Shown: positions 44,622 through 52,883 of the stretch, piece after piece
Numbering within the stretch: position 1 is the stretch's first letter
Layout of the letters: every line of letters starts with the position of its first letter
Source of the DNA: an uncultured Candidatus Saccharibacteria bacterium
GTDB lineage: Bacteria; Patescibacteriota; Saccharimonadia; Saccharimonadales; CAZVRA01
NCBI GenBank assembly: GCA_964630055.1
Contig: CAZVRA010000001.1
Location: 91,569-155,568 of the forward strand
Direction: 5' to 3'
DNA: 64,000 nucleotides
Translations under genes and position numbers: made by a program
Notes under the pieces: generated by a model
Databases searched by the model: none
What the model was told of the DNA's origin: nothing
The model's input: only the letters and a program-made list of their open reading frames with translations

Positions 44622-45638
44622 ATGGCAATAGAGAGGATACTAGATGCGGCGCCGCAAGCGGAGGACCCGGCCGACAAAGAGCTGGAGCAGACGCTGCGCC
44701 CCCAGGATTTTGCTAATTACATCGGTCAGAAGCGGCTCAAACAGAACCTAAAACTGGCCATAGACGCGGCCAAAAAACGCGGCGAACCGCTGGATCATGT
44801 GTTACTTTATGGGCCGCCGGGCTTAGGCAAAACCACCATGGCCACGGTTATTGCCAACGAAATGGGTGCTCAGCTCCGCATTACTAGCGGGCCGGCCATC
44901 GAGCGGGCCGGCGACCTGGCCAGTTTGCTAACCAACTTGCAGGACGGCGACATATTATTTATCGACGAAATCCACCGTTTGCACCGGACCGTAGAGGAGG
45001 TGCTGTATAGCGCCATGGAGGATTTTCGCTTAGATATTATGCTTGGCAAGGGGCCGAGTGCGCGTAGTCTGCGGCTGGATTTGCCTAAGTTTACTATCAT
45101 TGGTGCTACCACGCGCACTGGTTCGTTGGCGGCGCCGCTGCGCGACCGTTTTGGCATGATTCATCGCTTAGAATTTTATGCTCCAGAAGAGATTGCCCAG
45201 GTTATTACCCGAGCCGCCGGCATTTTGGGTATAAAAATAGACCGAGCAGCGGCCGAGCAACTGGCGACGCGGGCTCGCCTGACGCCGCGAATTGCCAATC
45301 GGCTGCTGCGCCGGGTGCGCGATTACGCCGATGTTAACGGCGATGGCATTGTCGATACGGTGGCAGCCGAGCAGGCGCTGGCTCTGCTCGAAATAGACGA
45401 ATTGGGCCTGGACCCAGGCGACCGTATGTTGCTTAGAGCCATCATAGAGCATTACGGCGGCGGACCGGTAGGTGTCGAAACTTTGGCGGCGGCTACGGCC
45501 GAAGAACGCACAACTATAGAAGACTTTTACGAGCCATATTTGCTTCAGATCGGCTTGTTGCAGCGGACGCCTCGCGGACGGGTGGCGACTCATAAGGCGC
45601 ACCAGCATATTGGCAGCCATACTACCAATAAAACATAA
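44622..45638 (+). CDS. ruvB: Holliday junction DNA helicase RuvB
   Basis: [12 protein letters not shown], Walker [10 protein letters not shown], Walker [10 protein letters not shown], sensor regions. Confidence 0.97.
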   Translation: MAIERILDAAPQAEDPADKELEQTLRPQDFANYIGQKRLKQNLKLAIDAAKKRGEPLDHVLLYGPPGLGKTTMATVIANEMGAQLRITSGPAIERAGDLASLLTNLQDGDILFIDEIHRLHRTVEEVLYSAMEDFRLDIMLGKGPSARSLRLDLPKFTIIGATTRTGSLAAPLRDRFGMIHRLEFYAPEEIAQVITRAAGILGIKIDRAAAEQLATRARLTPRIANRLLRRVRDYADVNGDGIVDTVAAEQALALLEIDELGLDPGDRMLLRAIIEHYGGGPVGVETLAAATAEERTTIEDFYEPYLLQIGLLQRTPRGRVATHKAHQHIGSHTTNKT

Positions 45639-45677
45639 GCGTTACTTTTTTAGGGCGAATCATTATATAATGAAGCT

Positions 45678-46709
45678 ATGCCTAACATGTCCAAACACTT
45701 GGTTTCTAAAAATCCTAGCATGTCTAAGCTGGATCCAGACGAAGAGCAGGTGGCGGTTATTTATCGGCACCCGTTTGGTATTATGGCGCTTTATGCCCAG
45801 GTTGGTTTTGGTCTGCTGGCGGCTGCGGCGCTTATATTTTTGATTATGCCAAATTTTGTGGCTCGCACCGACAACCCGGCGCTTTATGTGTGGTTTGGCA
45901 TTGGTTTGCTGGCGGTGGCTGTTTTTATGGCGGTCATTTTGCTGGCGGCAACGGCAATTTACCACCAAAACAAAATGGTCATTACCAACAAAGCTATTAC
46001 CGAATTTACCCAAATTGGCTTGTTCGATAGACGAGTTTCTCAGCTAGCGCTAGGCAATATAGAGGACGCGACATCCATCCGTAAGGGTTTTGCTCAAACC
46101 ATGTTAGATTACGGCACGCTAGACATAGAAACAGCCGCCGAGGCCGAGAACTTTTATTTTCACTACTGTCCCAACCCAGATAAATACGCCAAAATGGTTT
46201 TGGAGTTGCGCGAAAATGCTATGACCACAAGAGCAGTCAAGCGTGACGAAGCTAGCACGGCCTACGCTATATCTAGTGGTAAAATTCCGCATCCAACTTA
46301 CATGGCAGCGGCGGCCGGCGCCGCCGCTGCGGCAGCACAGCATCAACAGCAGCAAGCTGACCAAGCTCAGGCAGCAGCTAACACTGGATTTGCGCCACCC
46401 ACACCAGGCTATCCTGGGCCCGAGCAGTCGGTCTATCCATATCCAGCTCAACCACCACAGCCGGCCTATATGTCTCAGCAGCCGCAACAACAACCTCAGC
46501 AAGCTCAAGCTGCTCAACCTATGCCGCCATTGTTGCCTACACCTGGCGAATATCAGCAGTCGTACCAGCCGCAGCAACCCCAACAACCTCAGCCCTACCA
46601 AGCGTATCCTTCGCCAGCTCAGTATCCAGGTCCCACCGAGCAAGGTCCTGCCCAGGGCCCTAATCAGGGACAATACCCAGACCAATACAGGGGAAGTGGT
46701 CAAGCTTAG
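45678..46709 (+). CDS. membrane protein with bacterial PH (YdbS/DUF304-like) domain and long Q/P-rich C-terminal tail
   Basis: EQVAVIYRHPFGIMALY + two TM helices + ITNKAITEF...GTLDIETA. The last ~120 aa are Gln/Pro low complexity. Confidence 0.6.
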   Translation: MPNMSKHLVSKNPSMSKLDPDEEQVAVIYRHPFGIMALYAQVGFGLLAAAALIFLIMPNFVARTDNPALYVWFGIGLLAVAVFMAVILLAATAIYHQNKMVITNKAITEFTQIGLFDRRVSQLALGNIEDATSIRKGFAQTMLDYGTLDIETAAEAENFYFHYCPNPDKYAKMVLELRENAMTTRAVKRDEASTAYAISSGKIPHPTYMAAAAGAAAAAAQHQQQQADQAQAAANTGFAPPTPGYPGPEQSVYPYPAQPPQPAYMSQQPQQQPQQAQAAQPMPPLLPTPGEYQQSYQPQQPQQPQPYQAYPSPAQYPGPTEQGPAQGPNQGQYPDQYRGSGQA

Positions 46710-46779
46710 ATTTGTTTGACTATTAGCCGCCTAAAACCCAAGACTTCAAATATTAAAACGCTAATGGTAAGCTAAGGCT

Positions 46780-47403
46780 ATGAGTAGCTACAAAAAACTA
46801 CGAATGGCTGGCTTTACGTTGACCGAAGTTATGGTAGTTGTATCTATATTGTCAATTTTGGCAGTTATTACTTACGGTGTTTCGGTTACACAGGGCAAGG
46901 AACGGGCCCAATTTACGGCCACAATTAGCGATCTTACGCAAATGGGCCAGGCGGCCAAATTATTTGTGACCAATAATGACGATTACCCAGCCGCCGTATC
47001 TGTTAATGTGCTGCCGGGGCAGAGTGGCCAAACACAAAATGCCCGGCCTATTAGTACTCCATATTCGATTCAAAAGTCCGATAGCGACACGGCGGCTGGC
47101 AAAATGCCCAAAGCTCAGTGGGCTGGCGCCCAGTACCATTACGAATACCTTAGCGACGGAACGGTACAAGTAGAATTGCGATTTTGTGCCGATTCGTCGG
47201 TTAATCCATGCGCAAAACCCAAAGGCGACTGGGCCAAAGACATGCTGGCTAGCGGGGCCACCATGTATTACTGCGTCAAAGCGGGGACCAGCGGCTGCCG
47301 CTCAACTGGGCTTAACTCGGACGGCTCAGTAAAAGAAAGCTCCACGCCCAGCAATGGCATCTGCGTTGGTGGCTATGGCTGCCAGACGCCCAAATATAAT
47401 TAG
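46780..47403 (+). CDS. type IV pilin-like protein (prepilin leader G|FTLTE)
   Basis: KKLRMAG|FTLTEVMVVVSILSILAVI with Glu at +5. Cys-rich C-terminal globular part. Confidence 0.7.
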   Translation: MSSYKKLRMAGFTLTEVMVVVSILSILAVITYGVSVTQGKERAQFTATISDLTQMGQAAKLFVTNNDDYPAAVSVNVLPGQSGQTQNARPISTPYSIQKSDSDTAAGKMPKAQWAGAQYHYEYLSDGTVQVELRFCADSSVNPCAKPKGDWAKDMLASGATMYYCVKAGTSGCRSTGLNSDGSVKESSTPSNGICVGGYGCQTPKYN

Positions 47404-47456
47404 AAAAATGACCGATTAGCGCTTGTGCTTAACATCATTTATACTAAGTAGTATCT

Positions 47457-49274
47457 ATGCATATTCCCGATGATGCGGTAGCAGCAATTTTGGTGGCCTC
47501 GGGCAAGCTAACAGCCCAGGGGGTGGCCGAGCTACGGGCCAAAGACAGTAGTAAAAACCATAGCTTGCAAGATGTGGCTATTGCCGACTCAATAATTACC
47601 GAGGCCGACCTAACCAAGCATTATGCCGACAAAATAGGCGTTAGTTTTGCCGAAATTGACCCTAAAACAATTAAAAAAGAGCTGCTCAATAAAATCCCTG
47701 ACCGTATTGCCAACCGCTATAAAACGGTGTTGTTTGCCGTTGACCCCAAGGGTGTGGCATTGGTGGCGGTCGGCGATCCGGACGATGTTCAGGCTCAGGA
47801 CTTTTTGCAAAAAACCTTTGGCAAGGCTTTTAAAATATATGTGGTAACTCGCCCCAACATGGCGGCTCTGCTGGACCTGTATCGGGCCAGCATGGGGAGC
47901 GCCATTAGCACGGCCATATCTAGTGATGGTCACGACGAGCTGGGCATAGAAGTTCCGGACGAGATCCGTGAAGACGATCTGGCCGAAAATTCGCCAATTG
48001 CCCAAACGGTTAATTTGTTGCTAGAATACGCCATTCGCTCGGGGGCGTCGGATGTTCATATCGAGCCGCGCGAGCACCTGGTTTCGGTCCGCTACCGCAT
48101 AGACGGCGTTTTGCGCGAGGTCCAGCAACTGCCCAAAAAAGTGCTAGGGGCGTTGGTGTCGCGTATTAAAATTGTCGCCAGCCTAAAAATCGACGAGCGG
48201 CGTGTGCCCCAAGACGGCCGGTTTAAAATCGACATCGAGGGCCGCCGCTACGCCCTGCGTGTCTCGACACTGCCTATAACAGATGGCGAAAAAGTGGTTA
48301 TGCGTATTTTGGACGAATCCAACAAGGCCCAAACCCTGGAGCAGCTGGGATTTTGGGGCCGCTCGCTAGAAATTGTTAACCGGGCCATTTCGCAGCCGCA
48401 TGGGGTGGTACTGGTCACCGGACCAACTGGTTCTGGTAAGTCTACAACCCTGTTTTCTATGCTTAGTTTGCTCAACAAGCCGGCTGTTAACATTAGCACC
48501 ATCGAGGACCCGGTGGAATATCGCATTCCTGGAGTTAACCAGACGCAGGTTAATCCGGTGGCCGGTATGACATTTGTGAATGGACTGAGGGCGCTGCTGC
48601 GACAGGATCCAAATATTATAATGGTTGGCGAAATTCGCGATAGCGAAACGGCCGACCTGGCGGTGCAGGCGGCTTTAACTGGTCACATGGTTTTTAGTAC
48701 GCTGCACACCAATAATGCGGCAACTTGTTTGCCGCGTCTGCTCGACATGAAAATAGAGCCGTTTCTGATTGCCAGCACCGTGCGAGCGGTGGTGGGCCAG
48801 CGTTTGGTGCGCAAACTTTGCGATGATTGCCGCGAATCTTACGAGCCCGACATTCCGACTCTGTCTAAAATTGGCAACATGTTTGGCATTAAAGACGCTC
48901 GGGCGTTGGCGCTTTTACACGCCTTAGAAGCCATTGCTTTTGATGCTGGCTTGGGACGCGATAAAGATAACAGATTACCAGAGGTCAACGAACTCAGTAC
49001 CAAAGGCATATCTATTGTGCGGCTTTATCGGGCGCACGATGGCGGTTGCAACAGCTGCGCTCACACCGGCTACAAAGGCCGCCGCGGCATTTACGAAGTT
49101 CTTAGCAACACACCAGCCATTCAGCAAATGATTACCAGCAAAGACACCAGCGAAAACATACAGGCCCAAGCAGTTAAAGAGGGCATGATAACCATGCAGC
49201 AAGACGGACTAATAAAAGTGCTGCGTGGCATAACCAGTATAGACGAGCTGCTGCGCGTCACCAGCGAGACTTAA
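47457..49274 (+). CDS. pilB: type IV pilus assembly ATPase PilB (GspE family)
   Basis: Walker A GPTGSGKSTT, Asp/His boxes, tetracysteine CDDC...CNSCAHTGYKGRRG. N-terminal T2SSE_N-like repeats. Confidence 0.9.
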   Translation: MHIPDDAVAAILVASGKLTAQGVAELRAKDSSKNHSLQDVAIADSIITEADLTKHYADKIGVSFAEIDPKTIKKELLNKIPDRIANRYKTVLFAVDPKGVALVAVGDPDDVQAQDFLQKTFGKAFKIYVVTRPNMAALLDLYRASMGSAISTAISSDGHDELGIEVPDEIREDDLAENSPIAQTVNLLLEYAIRSGASDVHIEPREHLVSVRYRIDGVLREVQQLPKKVLGALVSRIKIVASLKIDERRVPQDGRFKIDIEGRRYALRVSTLPITDGEKVVMRILDESNKAQTLEQLGFWGRSLEIVNRAISQPHGVVLVTGPTGSGKSTTLFSMLSLLNKPAVNISTIEDPVEYRIPGVNQTQVNPVAGMTFVNGLRALLRQDPNIIMVGEIRDSETADLAVQAALTGHMVFSTLHTNNAATCLPRLLDMKIEPFLIASTVRAVVGQRLVRKLCDDCRESYEPDIPTLSKIGNMFGIKDARALALLHALEAIAFDAGLGRDKDNRLPEVNELSTKGISIVRLYRAHDGGCNSCAHTGYKGRRGIYEVLSNTPAIQQMITSKDTSENIQAQAVKEGMITMQQDGLIKVLRGITSIDELLRVTSET

Positions 49275-49304
49275 GCCTTTAGGTAGTTTAAAATATAAGA
49301 AAAC

Positions 49305-50528
49305 ATGGCAAAATTTCACTACACCACACTAGATAAATCCAAAAAGATGGCCGAAGGCAATATAGAGGCCGCCGATCATGCTCAAGCTATAGAGCTGCTA
49401 ACCAAGCAAGGCATAAAGCCCTTAACATTGCACGAAGGAGTGGGTCCCAAACCTGGCGGGTTAAAGGACTTGCTGAGCCGCAAAAAAGTTAGCCTGCGCG
49501 ACATGGTGGTATTTACGCGCCAACTGTCGACCATGATTAGTGCCGGCGTGCCGCTGGTACGCAGCCTGCAAACCATGGCCAACCAGACCGACAACAAATA
49601 TTTTAAGCACGTCATTACCGATATTATGCACAAGGTCGAAGGCGGTATGCCGCTGTCGGACGCTATGTCTGCTTTCCCGCGGGTTTTTAGCGATATTTAC
49701 GTTAGCATGGTTAAAGCTGGCGAAACAGCTGGTATTTTGGATGAAGTGCTCAAGCGCTTGGCTACACAAACCGAAAAAGATGCCTCGATCCGCAAAAAAA
49801 TTAAGAGCGCCTCGGCCTACCCGCTGGTTTTGCTGGTGGTTACAGTGGTGGCGTTTTTCCTAATTATGCTTGGAATTATGCCCAAAATTACCAAAATTTT
49901 AAGTGACCTTAGCGATGGCGAGGGTAAGTTGCCACCAATTACAGTATTTATGATCTGGCTGAGCCACTTTATTCAGCACAACATAATTTTTATTGTAGTT
50001 GTGGCCGGGGCTTTGGGCTATGCAGTCATGCGCTATATTCGTACGCCTGGCGGCAAATTGCAGTGGCACCAGCTACTGCTGCGCATACCAGTGCTTGGCA
50101 CTTTGGTTACAAAGGTGGCGGTGGCACGGTTTGCGCGAACGTTTTCTTCACTTATGGGGGCTGGTGTTGGCGTGCTCAATGCCATAGAGGTGACTAGTGG
50201 GGCTGTTGGCAACGAGGTTATTGCCCGCGAGCTGCGCGACAGTATAGACGATGTTCGGAATGGTAAGCAGTTGTCGGCAGTATTGGGTGCCAGTAAGCAC
50301 TTCCCAGTTATTGTGCCACAAATGATTGCGGTCGGCGAAGAAACCGGCCAGATAGACAAAGTTTTGGTCAAGGTGGCGGACTTTTACGAAGAAGAGGTCG
50401 ACACTATGATTGACGGTCTGGCCTCGATTGTGGAACCGGTAATGATTGTTATTATGGGCTCGATGGTGGGTCTGATTGCGGTCAGTGTTATGGGGCCGAT
50501 TGCTTCGCTTAGCAGCAATGTTAAATAA
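49305..50528 (+). CDS. pilC: type IV pilus platform protein PilC (GspF family)
   Basis: Two GspF repeats (VFTRQLSTMISAGVPL... / RFARTFSSLMGAGVGV...) and three TM segments. Confidence 0.9.
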   Translation: MAKFHYTTLDKSKKMAEGNIEAADHAQAIELLTKQGIKPLTLHEGVGPKPGGLKDLLSRKKVSLRDMVVFTRQLSTMISAGVPLVRSLQTMANQTDNKYFKHVITDIMHKVEGGMPLSDAMSAFPRVFSDIYVSMVKAGETAGILDEVLKRLATQTEKDASIRKKIKSASAYPLVLLVVTVVAFFLIMLGIMPKITKILSDLSDGEGKLPPITVFMIWLSHFIQHNIIFIVVVAGALGYAVMRYIRTPGGKLQWHQLLLRIPVLGTLVTKVAVARFARTFSSLMGAGVGVLNAIEVTSGAVGNEVIARELRDSIDDVRNGKQLSAVLGASKHFPVIVPQMIAVGEETGQIDKVLVKVADFYEEEVDTMIDGLASIVEPVMIVIMGSMVGLIAVSVMGPIASLSSNVK

Positions 50529-50541
50529 TTTAATTTTATGC

Positions 50542-50674
50542 GGGCCAGTGCTGGGTGGGGCTCAGGCCGCTCACGCGCGGACGGGCGGCCAGCTGATCTG
50601 CCTAAAATTATGGCATATCCCTGGCCGCCCGGCCCGGCTTCACTTAGAGTCTTCGCCCCACCCAGCACTGGTCC
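50542..50674. other. 133-nt GC-rich nested hairpin between pilC and the pilA promoter
   Basis: Outer stem CCAGTGCTGGGTGGGGC (50545-61)/GCCCCACCCAGCACTGG (50655-71), extendable to 50542/50674. Inner perfect 10-bp GGGCGGCCAG (50583-92)/CTGGCCGCCC (50621-30). Apical GATCTGCC-taaaattat-GGCATATC. Confidence 0.6.
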
Positions 50675-50754
50675 TAATTAAAAATAAATAATACTTAATC
50701 TGGCATCTAGCGGGCTGGCGATTAACAAATTGGCCATAGTTGGCCGCAAATTTA

Positions 50755-50782
50755 TTGACATCTTGCTGCTTATGGTTACAAT
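50755..50782 (+). promoter_or_regulatory. sigma70-type promoter of pilA
   Basis: TTGACA (50755-60), 16-nt spacer, TACAAT (50777-82). SD AAGGGGG 10 nt before ATG 50829. Confidence 0.7.
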
Positions 50783-50828
50783 AGAGGCATAGGCAAATTA
50801 ATAAAACCGCAAAGGGGGCATTTGCAAA

Positions 50829-51398
50829 ATGAATCTCGCCAAACTTCAACAACTTCGTAAAAACCAAAAGGGCTTCACCATCGTTGAGCTCTTGATCGTA
50901 ATCGTCATCATCGTAATCTTGGCCGCTTTGGTGCTCAACACCTTCAACGGTGCCCAAAAGAAGGCCCGTGATGCCAAGCGCGATAGCGACATCAAGGCCA
51001 TAGCTACACAGCTCGAGGCTTGTTACAATGATGACAGTAATACTCAGAGCTGTAATGTGACTGGTAGCTATCCGCTCACGCTAGTTGCTGGTCCGTCTGG
51101 TCTTAAATCTTTAGACCCCAAAGCTCTTAGTGATCCAAAGGGCACTGCTGCAGCTACTGCTACGGCGGCAACAATTGTCACTAGCAGCTGTAATACATCA
51201 TCAGTTGGTGGCTCTTTCTCTGCCACCACCCCAGCTAATTCGGCCACAACATACCAATATGTATACGTTCCATTGACTAGCGCCGGAGGCCCATGTGCTT
51301 CTGGACAAACTCTTTGTACAACAGGTACTTGCGCTAGTTTTGCAATAGTTTACGCAAAAGAAAACGGTGGATCTCAACTAAAAGTCGGTCTTAACTAA
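50829..51398 (+). CDS. pilA: major type IV pilin
   Basis: Leader ...KNQKG|FTIVELLIVIVIIVILAALV (Glu+5). Strong promoter, SD and terminator suggest high expression. Confidence 0.85.
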   Translation: MNLAKLQQLRKNQKGFTIVELLIVIVIIVILAALVLNTFNGAQKKARDAKRDSDIKAIATQLEACYNDDSNTQSCNVTGSYPLTLVAGPSGLKSLDPKALSDPKGTAAATATAATIVTSSCNTSSVGGSFSATTPANSATTYQYVYVPLTSAGGPCASGQTLCTTGTCASFAIVYAKENGGSQLKVGLN

Positions 51399-51417
51399 TT
51401 AAGTGGAATAATCTAAT

Positions 51418-51447
51418 AAACCCCGGGTTACCGGGGTTTTTAATTTT
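51418..51447 (+). terminator. rho-independent terminator after pilA
   Basis: AAACCCCGG-gtta-CCGGGGTTT followed by TTAATTTT. Confidence 0.8.
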
Positions 51448-51474
51448 GTACATGTGGTAAAATTAGAGGTAAGC

Positions 51475-52002
51475 ATGAGCGAGTTACGGCGCGGCGCCCA
51501 AGCGGGTTTTACCATTGTTGAGCTTCTCATCACGTTAATTGTGGTGGGGTTGGCTTTTAGTATTTTTTCGTCTTTGCATGATTCGGTAAATTCGCTGGCT
51601 GGCCGCGGGCAGGTTAATATTAATGCCACCGATACGCTCAATCGTTTTGTGCAGTATTACCAGAACCAAAAGGCCGATAATCTGCCGCCGCCTATTAGCA
51701 CTCCAGCTATTTCTAATGATCCATATACAGAGACTATCGACGCCAATACGTCGTCGGATTCGGTTCTTTTTAAAGCTACTGGGGCTGGTGCCGACGCCTT
51801 GACGGCGCTCAAATCTATGCCAAAACCAGCTCAGGTTGTAGTAAAAACTTGTTTTGCCAGTATGAATTTGGGCAGTGTGGCTTGCGGGCAACAGCCAACA
51901 AAACTAAAAGCAGTTACCATAACACTAACTTATGGCAACCCTAGCCGCACCAAAGTATCAACGGTCTTGGTCGCCACTCAGAATGATGGAGGGTCCCACT
52001 AA
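51475..52002 (+). CDS. minor pilin / pseudopilin
   Basis: MSELRRGAQAG|FTIVELLITLIVVGLAF. ATG 51475 (AGAGG upstream) preferred over GTG 51454. Confidence 0.7.
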   Translation: MSELRRGAQAGFTIVELLITLIVVGLAFSIFSSLHDSVNSLAGRGQVNINATDTLNRFVQYYQNQKADNLPPPISTPAISNDPYTETIDANTSSDSVLFKATGAGADALTALKSMPKPAQVVVKTCFASMNLGSVACGQQPTKLKAVTITLTYGNPSRTKVSTVLVATQNDGGSH

Positions 52003-52883
52003 TGGCCGAACATTTTGGGGTTATAAGGCGTAATCCGCGTCGGCGCGGCAAGGCTAAGCACCAAGCGGGCTTTACCTTGATTGAACTAGTGGTTATTGCG
52101 CCGGTAATGCTATTTGCCATTGGTTACACTATGGGATTTTTGATTGACTTATATGCTTCTTCCTTGGCTAAAACGGCTAAGCTAAACCTGCGGCTTGATG
52201 CTCAGACGCTTTCATCGACAATGCAAAACGATCTTTATTATGCCACACGTTTAACATCGGGCTCTATAGCAGGTGATCCCAGCCCGCCATCCGGCGGCTG
52301 GTCGATTGTGCCAAATGGTGAGGGTCGTTTTAAAGCGCTCGAAAAAGGCGTGCCCCTGTCTGGAGCTAGAGCCTTGTTTGTGGCGGTAGAGCTTCAGACT
52401 ACTTCCAAGGCTTCGGCGGCTGGTCGTCAGATTATATTCGATAACACCAGTGGTCTGGACTGCAACGACATTGCCGCTCAGCAAACACCGCGACTTAATT
52501 ATATTATTTATTACGTAGCCTATCGGGACAATACCAATAATTTGTATCGGCGGGTGGTGCCGGCATCAAACAGCGGTAATGCTTGCCCGGTCGGCGCTCA
52601 GTCTTCTCGGGCGGCGACCTGCACTAAGATATCTGTCGATTGTCCGGCAGGCATGCCTAGTGACATATTGATGGCTTCTAACTTAAGCTCGATAGACATG
52701 TCGTTTTTTACAGTCAACAATACGTTGGTAAACGGCCAGCTTTCTTCGGCATCTAGCCCAATTTTGCGGGCCGATCTGACGGTAGTGCTAAAGCAGTTAA
52801 TACAGGGCGAAGACAATACGGCTACCGCCGCTACATCTATAAAAGTAACCAATTGTATGTCTGGGGCGGCGTCATGTTTGTAA
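52002..52883 (+). CDS. minor pilin / pseudopilin
   Basis: ...KHQAG|FTLIELVVIAPVMLFAIG. Start overlaps the previous stop. Confidence 0.7.
   Translation: MAEHFGVIRRNPRRRGKAKHQAGFTLIELVVIAPVMLFAIGYTMGFLIDLYASSLAKTAKLNLRLDAQTLSSTMQNDLYYATRLTSGSIAGDPSPPSGGWSIVPNGEGRFKALEKGVPLSGARALFVAVELQTTSKASAAGRQIIFDNTSGLDCNDIAAQQTPRLNYIIYYVAYRDNTNNLYRRVVPASNSGNACPVGAQSSRAATCTKISVDCPAGMPSDILMASNLSSIDMSFFTVNNTLVNGQLSSASSPILRADLTVVLKQLIQGEDNTATAATSIKVTNCMSGAASCL

Noticed and set aside
46119-46719. 194-aa antisense and 158-aa alternative-frame ORFs over the Q/P-rich tail of the PH-domain protein
   Set aside because: Repetitive CAG/CCN codons keep several frames open. There are no independent start signals.
47457-47660. 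MshEN-type c-di-GMP binding motif in the PilB N-terminus
   Set aside because: The segments VAAILVASGKLTAQGVAELRAK and LQDVAIADSIITEADLTKHYADK only loosely follow the RLGxx(L/V/I)(L/V/I)xxG(L/V/I)(L/V/I)xxxxLxxxLxxQ pattern, with key Gly and Leu positions missing. This is too weak to claim.
50542-50674. Possibility that the pilC-pilA hairpin is a c-di-GMP-I (GEMM-I) riboswitch controlling pilA
   Set aside because: The only resemblance is a CCTAAA...TATGG tetraloop-receptor-like pair and a CACGC start. There is no GNRA loop partner or conserved GCAAA/ACGCA cores that I can find. The element also lies upstream of the best pilA promoter (50755-50782). An Rfam scan is needed to be sure.
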